From positions 312 to 64,311 of the forward strand of contig CALIBK010000006.1 of NCBI GenBank assembly GCA_938045955.1: a DNA stretch of 64,000 bases. Direction: 5' to 3'. Source of the DNA: an uncultured bacterium (GTDB taxonomy: Bacteria; Desulfobacterota; BSN033; UBA1163). Shown piece after piece: positions 36,964 to 47,801 of this stretch (positions within the stretch are counted from its first letter, which is position 1; each line of letters opens with the position of its first letter). The position numbers and the translations under genes were made by a program. The notes beneath the pieces are model-generated. The model made no database searches. It was not told where the DNA came from and was given only the letters and a program-made list of their open reading frames with translations.

Positions 36964-38055
36964 TCAGCCTTTAGGATGCTGACGCTGAACGAGCTGATAA
37001 CAATGAGCTACAATCTCCTGAGCTGCCATCGGTCTTCCGAATCTGCGAATCGAAAACTCCATCTTTTCCCTTTCCTCCGGATGCTCATATAATTGGAGAA
37101 TGGCTTGAGAAAGGGTAGATCCGTTGAGGCATTCATCGCGAATCATTAAGGCGGCCCCTTTCTCCATGAGCCTCTGAGCATTGATGAACTGGTGTTGATG
37201 GGCTGAATAGGGATATGGAATAAGAATGGCGGCCTTTCCACAAACCGCCAATTCGGCAAGGGTGCTGGCTCCTGCTCGTGAGATGACGAGATCTGCCTTT
37301 TGATAGGCCAGGGCCATCTCCTGGATGAAAGGCGTCACTTCTGCCTCATACCCTCTCTCCCGATAACTCCTCTCCACATACTCCAGATCCTCTCTTCCCG
37401 TCTGATGGATCATTTTTATGAAGGGTTTCAATCTCTCAAGAGGTTCAAGGGCTTGGACCATCGCCACATTGATCCGATGCGCTCCTGCACTCCCACCAAA
37501 GATAAGAAGGGTGAATCGCTCCTCTTTTTTTCTGAGGGAACCCAAAGAGATCATCTCTTTTCGAATAGGATTTCCAGTCACAATCGTCTTCCTCCCGGGG
37601 AAATATCCCTTGGTCTCTTCAAAAGAGACAAAAATCCTGTGAACCCACCATTTCAAGAGTCGATTGGTTGCTCCTGGAATGATATTCTGTTCATGAATGG
37701 CACGGGGAAGCCCAAGAAGAGCAGCAGCCAAAAGAACGGGGCCGGAGGCATACCCTCCCACTCCGATGACCATCTCTGGCCGATACCTCTTCAAAATGGT
37801 ATAGGACTCTAAAATGGCCCTGGGGAGAAACGAGAAAGACTTCAACTTCTCCCCGAAAGACTTTCCTCGAATAGGCATGGCCGAAATGGTTCTCAAAGGA
37901 TATCTCCTATTCCCAAGCACCCTCTTCTCAATTCCTCTTTCCGTGCCCACAAAGAGAATCTCGTTGCCCTCCTCCCTTTCCAGAAAGGCCTCAGCGATCG
38001 CCATGGCTGGAAAGAGATGACCTCCTGTGCCTCCCCCTGCAATCACCCATCTCAT
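36964..38055 (-). CDS. murG: UDP-GlcNAc:undecaprenyl-PP-MurNAc-pentapeptide GlcNAc transferase MurG
   Basis: GT28 fold with N-terminal GGTGGHLFPA. Confidence 0.95.
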   Translation of the reverse strand: MRWVIAGGGTGGHLFPAMAIAEAFLEREEGNEILFVGTERGIEKRVLGNRRYPLRTISAMPIRGKSFGEKLKSFSFLPRAILESYTILKRYRPEMVIGVGGYASGPVLLAAALLGLPRAIHEQNIIPGATNRLLKWWVHRIFVSFEETKGYFPGRKTIVTGNPIRKEMISLGSLRKKEERFTLLIFGGSAGAHRINVAMVQALEPLERLKPFIKMIHQTGREDLEYVERSYRERGYEAEVTPFIQEMALAYQKADLVISRAGASTLAELAVCGKAAILIPYPYSAHQHQFINAQRLMEKGAALMIRDECLNGSTLSQAILQLYEHPEEREKMEFSIRRFGRPMAAQEIVAHCYQLVQRQHPKG

Positions 38056-39152
38056 CTACGCTCCGCGTAGGATGAGAGATGAAGAAGAATCCCCATTCCC
38101 ATTAAGTTTACAACCAACGAAGTCCCTCCATAACTGATAAAAGGAAGGGTCAATCCTTTCGTTGGGAGAAGACCTAACACGACCCCCATATTGATCACCG
38201 CTTGAAGAGAAATCATTAGCGTCACGCCTAAAGCGAGATAGCAGGCGAATCGTTCCTGAAGGGAAAGGGCGATTTGAATCCCTCTGAAAGCCAGGATAAA
38301 GAAGAGAAGAACCACTACCATCGCCCCTATCAATCCTAATTCCTCTCCAATAATGGAAAAAATAAAGTCCGTATGGGGGGCGGGAAGGAAGAAAAGTTTC
38401 TGCCTCCCTTCTCCAAGTCCCTGCCCAAAAAGACCTCCTGAACCAAAGGAAAGGAAAGATTGGATAATCTGGAAACTGCTTCCTTTAGGATCTTCCCAGG
38501 GCCGGATGAATCCCATCAACCTTTTATAACGATACTCAGCGCTCATGAGAAAGGTATAGACCAGTGGAATGGCGATCAAAAAGGCAGAGACCAGATAGAT
38601 CACCCTGGCCCCACTGATGAAGAGGAGGATAAATACGAGGATGATCAAGAAAAGGGCCGTTCCGAAATCGGGTTCCTTCAGAATGAGACCGATGAGGATC
38701 CCCGAAAAAAGGACCACAGGAAGAAATCCAAAGAAGAAGCTTCGAATCTTCTCCTCTTTCTTCGTCAGGAGATAGGCCAAGAAAATGACTAATCCCAGCT
38801 TTGCACATTCAGAAGGTTGAAAGGAGAATCCGCCCACTCGAATCCATCGCATCGATCCTCCGGCCCGATACCCAATCCCTGGAATAAGGACCACCATCAA
38901 TAAAAGGATAGAAACAAGGAAGATAGGATAGGCCAATCGTTTAAATCCCTCGTAAGGGAAAAAGATGAAGAGGGACATTAGCAAAATTCCAATCCCTGCA
39001 AAGAGGGCTTGTCGTTTAAGAAAATAGTAAGGGTCGCCAAACCGCTCGTTCGCAAGGATGGCACTGGTACTATAAACCATGACAATCCCGATGCTCACGA
39101 GCATCAAGGTCACAAACAGTAGAACGAGATCGACTCTCCTTTTCCCCTTCAT
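38052..39152 (-). CDS. ftsW: Peptidoglycan glycosyltransferase FtsW (SEDS family)
   Basis: 10-TM SEDS protein in the dcw position between murD and murG. Confidence 0.9.
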   Translation of the reverse strand: MKGKRRVDLVLLFVTLMLVSIGIVMVYSTSAILANERFGDPYYFLKRQALFAGIGILLMSLFIFFPYEGFKRLAYPIFLVSILLLMVVLIPGIGYRAGGSMRWIRVGGFSFQPSECAKLGLVIFLAYLLTKKEEKIRSFFFGFLPVVLFSGILIGLILKEPDFGTALFLIILVFILLFISGARVIYLVSAFLIAIPLVYTFLMSAEYRYKRLMGFIRPWEDPKGSSFQIIQSFLSFGSGGLFGQGLGEGRQKLFFLPAPHTDFIFSIIGEELGLIGAMVVVLLFFILAFRGIQIALSLQERFACYLALGVTLMISLQAVINMGVVLGLLPTKGLTLPFISYGGTSLVVNLMGMGILLHLSSYAERR

Positions 39153-39161
39153 TTTATTCCC

Positions 39162-40508
39162 TTATAACCGTCTCACCAATTCTTTAAAGATATTTCCTCT
39201 CTCCCGATAGTCTTTGAACATATCAAAACTCGAGCAGGCGGGTGAAAGGAGAACCACTTCCCCTGGCCTGGATGTTTGGTAAGCTAATGAAACAGCCTCC
39301 TCCAGACTCTCAGCCTTGAGGGTCTCTGTGAATGAACCTAACTCCTGAGCCATCCTTTCTCTGGCTTCTCCGATCAGGATCAACCGCTTCACTCGCTTCT
39401 GGATGAGATCTTTCAATGGGGAAAGGTCGGTCTTCTTATCCTTTCCACCGGCAATCAGGATCACCGGTTCTGAAAAGCTCTGGAGTGATTTCACGACTGA
39501 GCCAACATTGGTTCCTTTGGAGTCATTATAGAATCGGATTCCTCCGACCTCTCTCACAAATTCAAGGCGATGCTCTAATCCTTGGAACCTTTCAAGGGCT
39601 TTTTGAATCGTTCGTGGTGAACATCCGAAGAGCCTTGCCGCGAGAATCGCTGCCATCATATTCTCGATATTATGAACCCCTTTTAAGGGGACCTCCCTAA
39701 GGGAATATCGTTCTTCGAGAGAATTCATCCTCAGGACAATCTCCTCTCCATTAGAAAAGGCCCCCTCCTCTATGGCTTTACCCAAGGTAAAAAAAAGTTT
39801 TTTCCCGGAAATCTTATCCAAGGAACCCATTACGAGCGGATCATCTCGATTCAGGACCGCCCAATCTTCAATGGTTTGATTCTCAAAAATTCTAAGCTTA
39901 GCCTGGATATAAGCTTTAAAATTTGGATAACGATCGAGATGATCCTCTGTGATATTCAGGAGGACCGAACAGCGAGGTCGAAACCTCTCAATCCTTTCTA
40001 ACTGGAAACTGGAGATCTCAACGACCAGGACTTCCCATCGCTCTTTTCCATCAGCAAAAAGGATAAGGGGCTCTCCCACATTCCCGCCTATCCCCACTCG
40101 TTTTCCCTCCTCCTTGAGCATCTCTCCCGTAAGGAGCGTGGTCGTGGTTTTTCCGTTTGTTCCAGTGATCGCAATGAGGGGAGCCTCAAGAAAGTGGTAG
40201 GCGAGTTCGATCTCGCTGATCACGGGAATTCCTTTTTTTAAGGCCTTTTGAATCGGCTCAATACCCGGATCGACCCCCGGACTCAGGACGATCAAATCCT
40301 GTCGCAGGAAATGTTCAATCGAATGCCTTCCCCATTCTATCTCTATCTCCCAGGATCGTAATTCTTCCCATACCTCTCTCATCTCTTCCTTGGATCTTAT
40401 TTCTGAGGCACTCAAGAGTGACCCCTTTTCTTTAAGAAATTTCAGAGTGGCCAATCCTGTCCTGGCCAATCCGACTACCAGTACTTTTCTCCCACGAAGA
40501 TGGATCAT
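39162..40508 (-). CDS. murD: UDP-N-acetylmuramoylalanine--D-glutamate ligase MurD
   Basis: Mur-ligase motif GTNGKTTTT and MurD-specific N-terminal domain. Confidence 0.95.
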   Translation of the reverse strand: MIHLRGRKVLVVGLARTGLATLKFLKEKGSLLSASEIRSKEEMREVWEELRSWEIEIEWGRHSIEHFLRQDLIVLSPGVDPGIEPIQKALKKGIPVISEIELAYHFLEAPLIAITGTNGKTTTTLLTGEMLKEEGKRVGIGGNVGEPLILFADGKERWEVLVVEISSFQLERIERFRPRCSVLLNITEDHLDRYPNFKAYIQAKLRIFENQTIEDWAVLNRDDPLVMGSLDKISGKKLFFTLGKAIEEGAFSNGEEIVLRMNSLEERYSLREVPLKGVHNIENMMAAILAARLFGCSPRTIQKALERFQGLEHRLEFVREVGGIRFYNDSKGTNVGSVVKSLQSFSEPVILIAGGKDKKTDLSPLKDLIQKRVKRLILIGEARERMAQELGSFTETLKAESLEEAVSLAYQTSRPGEVVLLSPACSSFDMFKDYRERGNIFKELVRRL

Positions 40509-40520
40509 GTCGACCTTTTC

Positions 40521-41597
40521 TTATCTTAATTTCAGTGTACTAATGGCAATGAGCCCCAGGATGATCCCGATGATCCAGAATCGAACAATGATCTTAGGTT
40601 CGGCCCACCCTTTGAGTTCAAAATGATGATGAAGAGGGGCCATCCGAAACACCCTTTTCTTTCGAAGTTTATAGGAGATCACCTGCAGAATGACTGAAAG
40701 GGCTTCGATGACAAAGATTCCCCCTGTGATCACCAAAAGAAACTCCTGCTTGGTCACAAGGGCAATGGTTCCCAGGGAGGCCCCCAAAGCCAGAGAACCC
40801 ACATCCCCCATAAAGACCTGAGCAGGATAGGTATTAAACCAGAGGAAACCGAGCCCAGCTCCCACCAGCGCTCCACAGAGAATGGTCAACTCTCCACTCC
40901 CCCGAACAAAGGGAATCTGAAGGTAACTGGCAAATCGAAAATGGCCCGCAAGATAACAGAAGAGCATAAAGGTAGCACTCGTGATGAGAACCGGACCGAT
41001 GGCCAATCCATCCAATCCATCTGTGAGATTGACTGCATTGGCTGTCCCGACAATGACGAGCATCCCAAAAAGGATGTACCAATTCCCTAAATCCGGCATC
41101 ACCCTCTTGAAAAAAGGAAAGACTAATCGAGAATTATGATCCATCAAATGAAATAGAATGAAACTTGACGCCAGTCCCATGGCCACCTGGACAGGGAATT
41201 TATATCGAGCTCGAATTCCCAATCCATTCTTTTCTTTAATTTTTCTATAATCATCTAAAAAACCTAACCCCCCGAATCCCAAAGTGGTCAATAAAACGAT
41301 CCAGATATATCGATTGGTGAGGTCTACCCAGAGAAGGGTGGGGAGGAATAGAGCGGCCAAAATAATCCCTCCTCCCATCGTAGGGGTTCCGTTTTTGGAA
41401 AGGTGTCGAGAGGGAACATCGTCTCTCACGATCTGTTGAATTTGAAAGGCTTTCAACTTCTGGATGATCCATGGACCCATTACAAAACTAACGATAAGGG
41501 CTGTGAGAATGGCATAGATGGTCCGGAAGGTAATATATCGAAAGACATTAAAGAAAGTGAAATATTCATGAAGGGGATAAAGAAAATGATAAAGCAT
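40521..41597 (-). CDS. mraY: Phospho-N-acetylmuramoyl-pentapeptide transferase MraY
   Basis: Polytopic membrane protein with the conserved [13 protein letters not shown] and DD motifs. Confidence 0.95.
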   Translation of the reverse strand: MLYHFLYPLHEYFTFFNVFRYITFRTIYAILTALIVSFVMGPWIIQKLKAFQIQQIVRDDVPSRHLSKNGTPTMGGGIILAALFLPTLLWVDLTNRYIWIVLLTTLGFGGLGFLDDYRKIKEKNGLGIRARYKFPVQVAMGLASSFILFHLMDHNSRLVFPFFKRVMPDLGNWYILFGMLVIVGTANAVNLTDGLDGLAIGPVLITSATFMLFCYLAGHFRFASYLQIPFVRGSGELTILCGALVGAGLGFLWFNTYPAQVFMGDVGSLALGASLGTIALVTKQEFLLVITGGIFVIEALSVILQVISYKLRKKRVFRMAPLHHHFELKGWAEPKIIVRFWIIGIILGLIAISTLKLR

Positions 41598-41601
41598 CTT
41601 T

Positions 41602-42999
41602 TCAGCTCCTCCTTTGGATCAATCCCTCCACAATCTTTTCCATGGCCATACCCCTCGACCCTTTGACCAATATCCAATCCCCTTCACGGATCATCTGATC
41701 TAACCATAGGATGGCCTCTTCATGATCTTTAGCCGTAAAGGTCCTCTCCGGTTTCATTCCATGATGAATGGCTGAATCTTTGAGGATCCTTGTTTTTTCA
41801 CCAAAAGTGATAAGGAGGTCTATCTTTAACTCGGAAACTCTTCTTCCGATCCATCGATGAGCTTCCTCACCAAATTCTCCCAACTCCAGCATGTCCCCAA
41901 GGACAGCGATGCTCCTTCCTTCTCCCTTGATCTCGGCAAGCGTCTCCAACGCCATCTCCATCGACCTTGGATTGGCATTATAGGTGTCATTCAGGAGATG
42001 AATTTGGCCTGGAAGCTCCTTATATTCCATCCTCATGGGGAAGGGACGAAAATGCTCCAATGCCTCTTTCGCCTTCTCCAAGGGGATTCCAAAAAGAGTA
42101 GCCCCTGCAATTGCCGAGAGAGCATTCAGAACAAAATGCCTCCCCAATAAAGGAAGATGAATTTCCAATTCTTCTCCTTCCATCGAGACATGAAAATAGG
42201 TTCCCTCCTCCTTTAATTGAATCTCTTTCGCCATCACGTCTGAGGGGTTTTCAATCCCGTAAGAGATTTTCTGACCAAGGAAAGTCCGGGCGAGCTCCAC
42301 GACCAGAGGATCATCCTGATTGACCAGGATAGACCCATCCTGTCTCATCCTTCGAAAGAGTTCTCCCTTTTCCTCTTTAATCTTTTCGATACTCCTCATC
42401 CCTTCCAGATGAACGGGATGGATGTTCGTAATCAGGGCCACATCAGGCTCCGAAATCTCTGTCAATCTTCGAATCTCTCCGGGAACATTCATCCCCATCT
42501 CGAGGACGACAACCCTCTCCTTCTCTGTAAGATTTAAAAGGGTCAGGGGGAGTCCGATAAGATTATTGAGATTTCCTTCCGTTTTAAGAACGGGAAAGGT
42601 GGTCTTGAGGCAGGTGGCGATCATCTCCTTGGTGGTCGTCTTTCCATTACTACCGGTGATCGCTACGACCGGTGTTCGATACTTTCTCCTCCGCTCCCTT
42701 GCGAGATCCCCCAGTGCCCGTAGGGTATCCTCGACAGCGATGACCACTTTTGAAGGATCACCATTCCACGAAATCTCCCTCGCCTTCTCTTCCTCTACGA
42801 TCACTCCACCAGCCTTCTTCAGAGCTTCCAAAGCAAAGTCATGGCCATTGAATCGAGTTCCTTTGAGAGCAATGAAGAGCTCTTCTTCGAGGAGGGTTCT
42901 GGAATCCGTAGAGATTCCTCGAAAAAGAACTCCTTCTCTTTTCCCTTGTATAAGTCTTCCCCCTGTTGCCTTTAAAACCTCCTCAATCGTAAAAGTCAT
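41602..42999 (-). CDS. murF: UDP-MurNAc-tripeptide--D-alanyl-D-alanine ligase MurF
   Basis: [10 protein letters not shown]-loop and Mur-ligase C-terminal domain. Confidence 0.95.
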   Translation of the reverse strand: MTFTIEEVLKATGGRLIQGKREGVLFRGISTDSRTLLEEELFIALKGTRFNGHDFALEALKKAGGVIVEEEKAREISWNGDPSKVVIAVEDTLRALGDLARERRRKYRTPVVAITGSNGKTTTKEMIATCLKTTFPVLKTEGNLNNLIGLPLTLLNLTEKERVVVLEMGMNVPGEIRRLTEISEPDVALITNIHPVHLEGMRSIEKIKEEKGELFRRMRQDGSILVNQDDPLVVELARTFLGQKISYGIENPSDVMAKEIQLKEEGTYFHVSMEGEELEIHLPLLGRHFVLNALSAIAGATLFGIPLEKAKEALEHFRPFPMRMEYKELPGQIHLLNDTYNANPRSMEMALETLAEIKGEGRSIAVLGDMLELGEFGEEAHRWIGRRVSELKIDLLITFGEKTRILKDSAIHHGMKPERTFTAKDHEEAILWLDQMIREGDWILVKGSRGMAMEKIVEGLIQRRS

Positions 43000-44576
43000 C
43001 CTTCCCCCAATGCCTTCTGAGCCTCTATGCGATCATCAAAAGGAAACCTCTCTTTTCCAATAATCTGATAGTTTTCATGTCCCTTTCCAGCGATTAAAAT
43101 GATATCGAAAGGAGAGGCTATCTGAATGGCCATTCGAATAGCCTCTCGTCGATCAGGAATAATAAGATATCCTCTGGTAAAGTTCCGAAGATCATTTTTA
43201 TGAGGATGGAGTTTTTTAACTCCAATTGAATGGAATCCCAACTCAGCCTCCTCGATAATGGCCAAAGGATCTTCTGTTCTTGGATTGTCGGAGGTCAGAA
43301 CGACCAAATCACTCAATCTTCCGGCCACCTCGGCCATGAGGGGACGTTTCACTCGATCCCTATCCCCTCCACAGCCAAAGACGGTGATCATCCTCCCTTT
43401 CGGCTCCGTTCGGGTATGAAGTTCTGTTAACGCAGTTAAAACCTGCTTTAGGGCATCGGGGGTATGGGCATAATCAACGAACACTCGAACACCCTTCGGA
43501 TTTTCAACCCTTTCCAATCTTCCTGGGACCCCCTTCACCTCTTCCAATCCTTCCCGAATCACCTCAAGGGAAAGGTCTGCTCCAATCCCCGTCGCCACAG
43601 CTGCCATAAGATTATAAAGATTAAATCTTCCAATCAGTTTGGAACGGAGGGGGAACTCCCCATGAGGGGTCTTGACCCGACAGGAGAGACCCTCAAAGGA
43701 AGCCATAACCTCCCGAACTGAGACCTCAGAGGAGGGATGAAATCCATAGCGAAGGACAGGCAAAGAGAGCCCTTCGATGATCTCCTCTCCCCTTGGATCG
43801 TCCCGGTTCGTCACAGCAAACCTCTTTGGCTTTTCACTCATCACCAGATATTCAGAGAAGAGCTTTCGTTTACTTTCAAAATATCGATCCAGTGTTTTAT
43901 GATAATCCAGATGCTCTGTTGAAAGGTTTGTAAAAACGACTCCATCAAATTGACACCCTCTCACTCGAGCCATCTCCAGGGCATGAGAGGAGACCTCAAG
44001 GATCACACAGCTGACCCCTTCCTTCCTCATCTCCCAGAGCATTCGTTGAAGATCCAATGACTCAGGAGTCGTATTGGGTGCTGGAAAGATCCGATTTTTA
44101 TACCGATAATTGATCGTTCCAATCACCCCCACGGTCTCCCCCGCTTTCTTGAAGATGGATTCTAAGAGATAGGTAATGGTCGTCTTTCCGTTGGTTCCCG
44201 TGATCCCGATAAGCCTGAATTGGGATGAGGGGTGCTCATAAAACTTAGAAGAAATTTCGGCCAGGGCCTCTCGAGTACTCCCCACCAAGATGGAAGTGAC
44301 GGAGGGAGGAAGAGAGACCGCGTCATCTTCCAGAAGAATTGCAATGGCTCCTCTTTGGACCGCTTCACCAATAAAGCGGTGTCCATCTCTCTCGAGTCCC
44401 CGGATAGCCACAAAGAGATAATCCTGTTTAACCTTATGAGAATGATAGGCAATTCCTTCAATCTCTCTGTCTCTCTCTCCGTTAATCTTTTTGATCCTTA
44501 ATCCCTCAAGCAATCTCATCAATTTCATGGTCTCATCATCAAAAAAGGTAACGGTTTTCCTGATAGGGTTATCCAC
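42996..44576 (-). CDS. murE: UDP-MurNAc-L-Ala-D-Glu--2,6-diaminopimelate ligase MurE
   Basis: GTNGKTTIT P-loop and the DNPR motif typical of meso-DAP-adding MurE. The N-terminal approximately 16 codons are uncertain; an internal MKLMRL start is possible. Confidence 0.9.
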   Translation of the reverse strand: MDNPIRKTVTFFDDETMKLMRLLEGLRIKKINGERDREIEGIAYHSHKVKQDYLFVAIRGLERDGHRFIGEAVQRGAIAILLEDDAVSLPPSVTSILVGSTREALAEISSKFYEHPSSQFRLIGITGTNGKTTITYLLESIFKKAGETVGVIGTINYRYKNRIFPAPNTTPESLDLQRMLWEMRKEGVSCVILEVSSHALEMARVRGCQFDGVVFTNLSTEHLDYHKTLDRYFESKRKLFSEYLVMSEKPKRFAVTNRDDPRGEEIIEGLSLPVLRYGFHPSSEVSVREVMASFEGLSCRVKTPHGEFPLRSKLIGRFNLYNLMAAVATGIGADLSLEVIREGLEEVKGVPGRLERVENPKGVRVFVDYAHTPDALKQVLTALTELHTRTEPKGRMITVFGCGGDRDRVKRPLMAEVAGRLSDLVVLTSDNPRTEDPLAIIEEAELGFHSIGVKKLHPHKNDLRNFTRGYLIIPDRREAIRMAIQIASPFDIILIAGKGHENYQIIGKERFPFDDRIEAQKALGEG

Positions 44577-44587
44577 GGAGATTCCTC

Positions 44588-46558
44588 TCAGGAAGGGGAT
44601 TCAAGTTTTAAGTAACAGATCTCTCCTTTCTCAACGAGTGTTCCAGGTTTAGGACTCTGTTCGGTGACCTTTCCGCTACCTGAAACTTTGATAATGAGCC
44701 CTCTCCCTTCAATCCGGCTCAGGGCATTTCTCAAGGTGAGGCCGGTAAGATCGGGCATAATCATCCTTCCCGTTTCTTCTCCCACTCTTTCTTTTTCAAA
44801 AGAAGGCTGAACCTCTTTGGTTTCCCCTAAGGGGGAAAATTCATTTTTGACAATCTGGATTCCTTTTGGTAGAACCTGAAGATAAGGAAGGGCCCTTTCA
44901 ACAATTGATCTAAAGACAGGAGCTGCAACTACTCCTCCCAAATTACTTCCACGAGGCTCATCAATAACGACCACAACCACCATCTTAGGGTCTTCTACCG
45001 GTGCTAATCCCATGAATCCACTCATATAGTGTTCCGTAGAATAACCCCCCAAAATGGGATCTACCTTCTGGGCTGTTCCTGTCTTTCCGGCGATCTCGTA
45101 TCCCTGAGGTACGGCCTGCTCGCCTGTTCCGCCTTTTTCAGTCGTCGCTTTGAGTAAGGCAATGAGAGTCTTGCTGGTCTCTTCAGAGATGACCCGTTTG
45201 ACCTCCTCTGGTTGAAAAACCTGAAGGGTCTCTCTTTTCTCGTTTGTAATTCTCTCCACAATATAAGGTCTCATCTGTCTTCCACCATTGGCGATGGTGG
45301 AAAGGGCTACTGCCAGTTGAATTCCTGTGACTGAAATCCCCTGTCCGAAAGAGATGGTATCTAAGGAGACAGGAGACCAGTATCTTGGATGACGAAGGAG
45401 ACCTTTAGCTTCTCCAGGGAGGCCCACGTGAGTCTTTTCTCCAAAACCAAATTCTCGAATGTATCGATAGAATCGATCTTTTCCGATCTTCTCAGCAACT
45501 TTCGAGGCCCCAATATTACTTGAAACTTTTAGAATCTGTTTGAAGGTCAACCACCCGTGAGGAGAATGATCACGAATGGTCCGATCATAAACCGTATAAG
45601 CCCCATTCTCACAGTAAAAGGAGTCCGAGGGATGAACCATTCTCTCTTCGAGAGCGGCAGCGGCCAAGAAGACCTTAAACATCGAGCCCGGCTCAAAGAC
45701 ATCCGTGATCGCTCGATTCTTCCAGGTTCTGGGTCGGTAGTTTAAAAATTGATTCGGGTTAAAGAAGGGGGAGGAGGCCATCGCTAAGATCTTTCCTGTT
45801 TTGGGTTCCATGATGATGACGAGTCCCCCTCTGGCCTCCCATTTTTGAACCGCCTGTTCCAGTTCTGTCTCGGCAATCCGTTGAAGATGGGTATCCAGAG
45901 TGAGGATAATGTTTCGAGACTCGCTTTCCTTTTCGATAGGGGGATCATTTAGAAAGATTCCCCTGCCTATGGCATCCCGTTCCATCATCCACACCAGGGG
46001 TTTCCCGTTGAGAAGTTCATTATATTGAAATTCGATCCCCTCCAATCCCTTCGAATCGAGTCCTACAAATCCAATGACATGAGCGGCCAGTTGATGATAG
46101 GGATAGAACCGTTTATTCTCCTTTAAAAATTGGATTCCCGGAAGACGAAGAGCCTTGATCGCTTCAGCCTCCCCTGGGGAGATGTGTCGTTTGATCCATT
46201 CAAATGACGACTTTCCCCTTCGCAATTTCTCCTGGATTTCTTTTGAATCGAGTTGAAGGATTCTGGCTAATTCTCTGGCCGTTCTTTCCACCTCCATTAC
46301 CTTCTTGGTTTCGGCATACACGGAATCAACCTCAAGACTCACGGCGAGCTCATTTCCATTTCGATCATAGATGATCCCTCTTTTAGGGAGGAGAGGAACT
46401 TCAGAAATTCTCTGTTGAGTGGCCAATCGATAGAGTTGTTCCTTTTTTAGGACTTGAAGTTGAAACATCCTCCCCGTAATCAGAACAAAACAGCAGAAGA
46501 GGAGGGAGGTTAAGAAGATAATTCTGACCTTAAACCAATTGATGGATCTCCTTTTCAT
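44588..46558 (-). CDS. ftsI: Division-specific transpeptidase FtsI (class B PBP) with a C-terminal PASTA-like domain
   Basis: N-terminal TM, SxxK (SMFK), SxN and KTG(T) motifs. The final approximately 60 aa resemble a PASTA module. Confidence 0.9.
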   Translation of the reverse strand: MKRRSINWFKVRIIFLTSLLFCCFVLITGRMFQLQVLKKEQLYRLATQQRISEVPLLPKRGIIYDRNGNELAVSLEVDSVYAETKKVMEVERTARELARILQLDSKEIQEKLRRGKSSFEWIKRHISPGEAEAIKALRLPGIQFLKENKRFYPYHQLAAHVIGFVGLDSKGLEGIEFQYNELLNGKPLVWMMERDAIGRGIFLNDPPIEKESESRNIILTLDTHLQRIAETELEQAVQKWEARGGLVIIMEPKTGKILAMASSPFFNPNQFLNYRPRTWKNRAITDVFEPGSMFKVFLAAAALEERMVHPSDSFYCENGAYTVYDRTIRDHSPHGWLTFKQILKVSSNIGASKVAEKIGKDRFYRYIREFGFGEKTHVGLPGEAKGLLRHPRYWSPVSLDTISFGQGISVTGIQLAVALSTIANGGRQMRPYIVERITNEKRETLQVFQPEEVKRVISEETSKTLIALLKATTEKGGTGEQAVPQGYEIAGKTGTAQKVDPILGGYSTEHYMSGFMGLAPVEDPKMVVVVVIDEPRGSNLGGVVAAPVFRSIVERALPYLQVLPKGIQIVKNEFSPLGETKEVQPSFEKERVGEETGRMIMPDLTGLTLRNALSRIEGRGLIIKVSGSGKVTEQSPKPGTLVEKGEICYLKLESPS

Positions 46559-46896
46559 CGGATGATGATCACCTGATCCGGTTTTGGTTTAACCATTCTT
46601 AATTCTTCTGTAGCCACCTTTTCGATTCGCTCATAGGACTTGAGGATCGCCACTTCTAATCGTAATCGTTTATTGATTTCCTGAAGATTTCTTTCCTCCC
46701 TCAATGCCTTTGAGATTTCGTATCCATACTGAATGATCTGGATCCTCGACCAGACATAAAAGAGAGAACCCCCGATCAAAAAAAGCAGGAAAAGACTGAA
46801 AAAAAGAACCTGTTTTAATTTTGTTGCTCTCTTTTTCCTCTTCGAATTGTTTTCTTCCCGGAGGAGATGTTCACTTCTTCCTTTATACTCTCCCAT
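46555..46896 (-). CDS. ftsL: Cell division protein FtsL
   Basis: 113-aa bitopic protein (one TM plus coiled coil) between rsmH and ftsI. Confidence 0.75.
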   Translation of the reverse strand: MGEYKGRSEHLLREENNSKRKKRATKLKQVLFFSLFLLFLIGGSLFYVWSRIQIIQYGYEISKALREERNLQEINKRLRLEVAILKSYERIEKVATEELRMVKPKPDQVIIIR

Positions 46897-46905
46897 CAGG
46901 ATGCC

Positions 46906-47790
46906 TCACACCCTTTCAGCACACCGAAGTTTTGCGCTACGGGAACGAGGATTCTCCCTCTGTTCTTCGATCGTAGGGGTGACGGGCTTAGGGGTCACGA
47001 TTCTGATCACCCCTTCCTTTTCCCATCTTCGAAACGCCTCTTTAACGATTCGGTCTTCCAGAGAGTGAAAGGAAAGGATCACGATTCGTCCCCCCTTTTT
47101 GAGAACCTGCCATCCCACATCCAGAATTTTTCTTAAATTATCAAGTTCCTCATTGACCCTGATTCGAAGAGCCTGAAAGGTTCTTGTCGCCGGATCGATT
47201 CTCTTAGAGTGAAATCTTTTAGGAATCGCCCGATGGACAATCCTCCGAAGTGCCTGAGTTGTTTGAATCGGTTGTATCTCCCTCTCCTTTACGACAGCTT
47301 TTGCTATTCTTCGAGCAAAGGGTTCTTCCCCATACTCTCTAAAGATTCTCTCCAGTTCAGGGAGAGAGAGATGATTCACGAGGTCAGCCGCGGTACAACC
47401 GGTTCGTTGATCCATTCTCATATCCAGAGGACCTTCCTTTTGAAAACTAAAACCCCTCTCTCCTCTTTCTAATTGGATGGAAGAAAGACCTAAATCCAGA
47501 AGAATTCCGTCCACCTTTTCAATATTTTTCATCTTCAATATCTCTGGTAGGTGAATAAAGTTCTCCTTGATGAGGTGCACTCTCTCCCCATAAGGGTCCA
47601 ATCTTTTTTGGGCCTCCTTAATGGCTTCTTCATCCCATTCTATTCCAAGGAGGATCCCATCGGGAGCTGTCCTCTTGAGAATCTCCTCTGCATGTCCCCC
47701 TCCCCCCAATGTGGCATCCACATAAATCCTTCCGGATTTGCACTGCAAATAACTCATCACCTCTTCCAACATGACAGGGATATGAACCAA
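46906..47790 (-). CDS. rsmH: 16S rRNA (cytosine1402-N4)-methyltransferase RsmH (MraW)
   Basis: N-terminus HIPVMLEEV...DATLGGGGH SAM-binding motif. Confidence 0.95.
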   Translation of the reverse strand: MVHIPVMLEEVMSYLQCKSGRIYVDATLGGGGHAEEILKRTAPDGILLGIEWDEEAIKEAQKRLDPYGERVHLIKENFIHLPEILKMKNIEKVDGILLDLGLSSIQLERGERGFSFQKEGPLDMRMDQRTGCTAADLVNHLSLPELERIFREYGEEPFARRIAKAVVKEREIQPIQTTQALRRIVHRAIPKRFHSKRIDPATRTFQALRIRVNEELDNLRKILDVGWQVLKKGGRIVILSFHSLEDRIVKEAFRRWEKEGVIRIVTPKPVTPTIEEQRENPRSRSAKLRCAERV

Positions 47791-47801
47791 TGATGTGCAT
47801 C

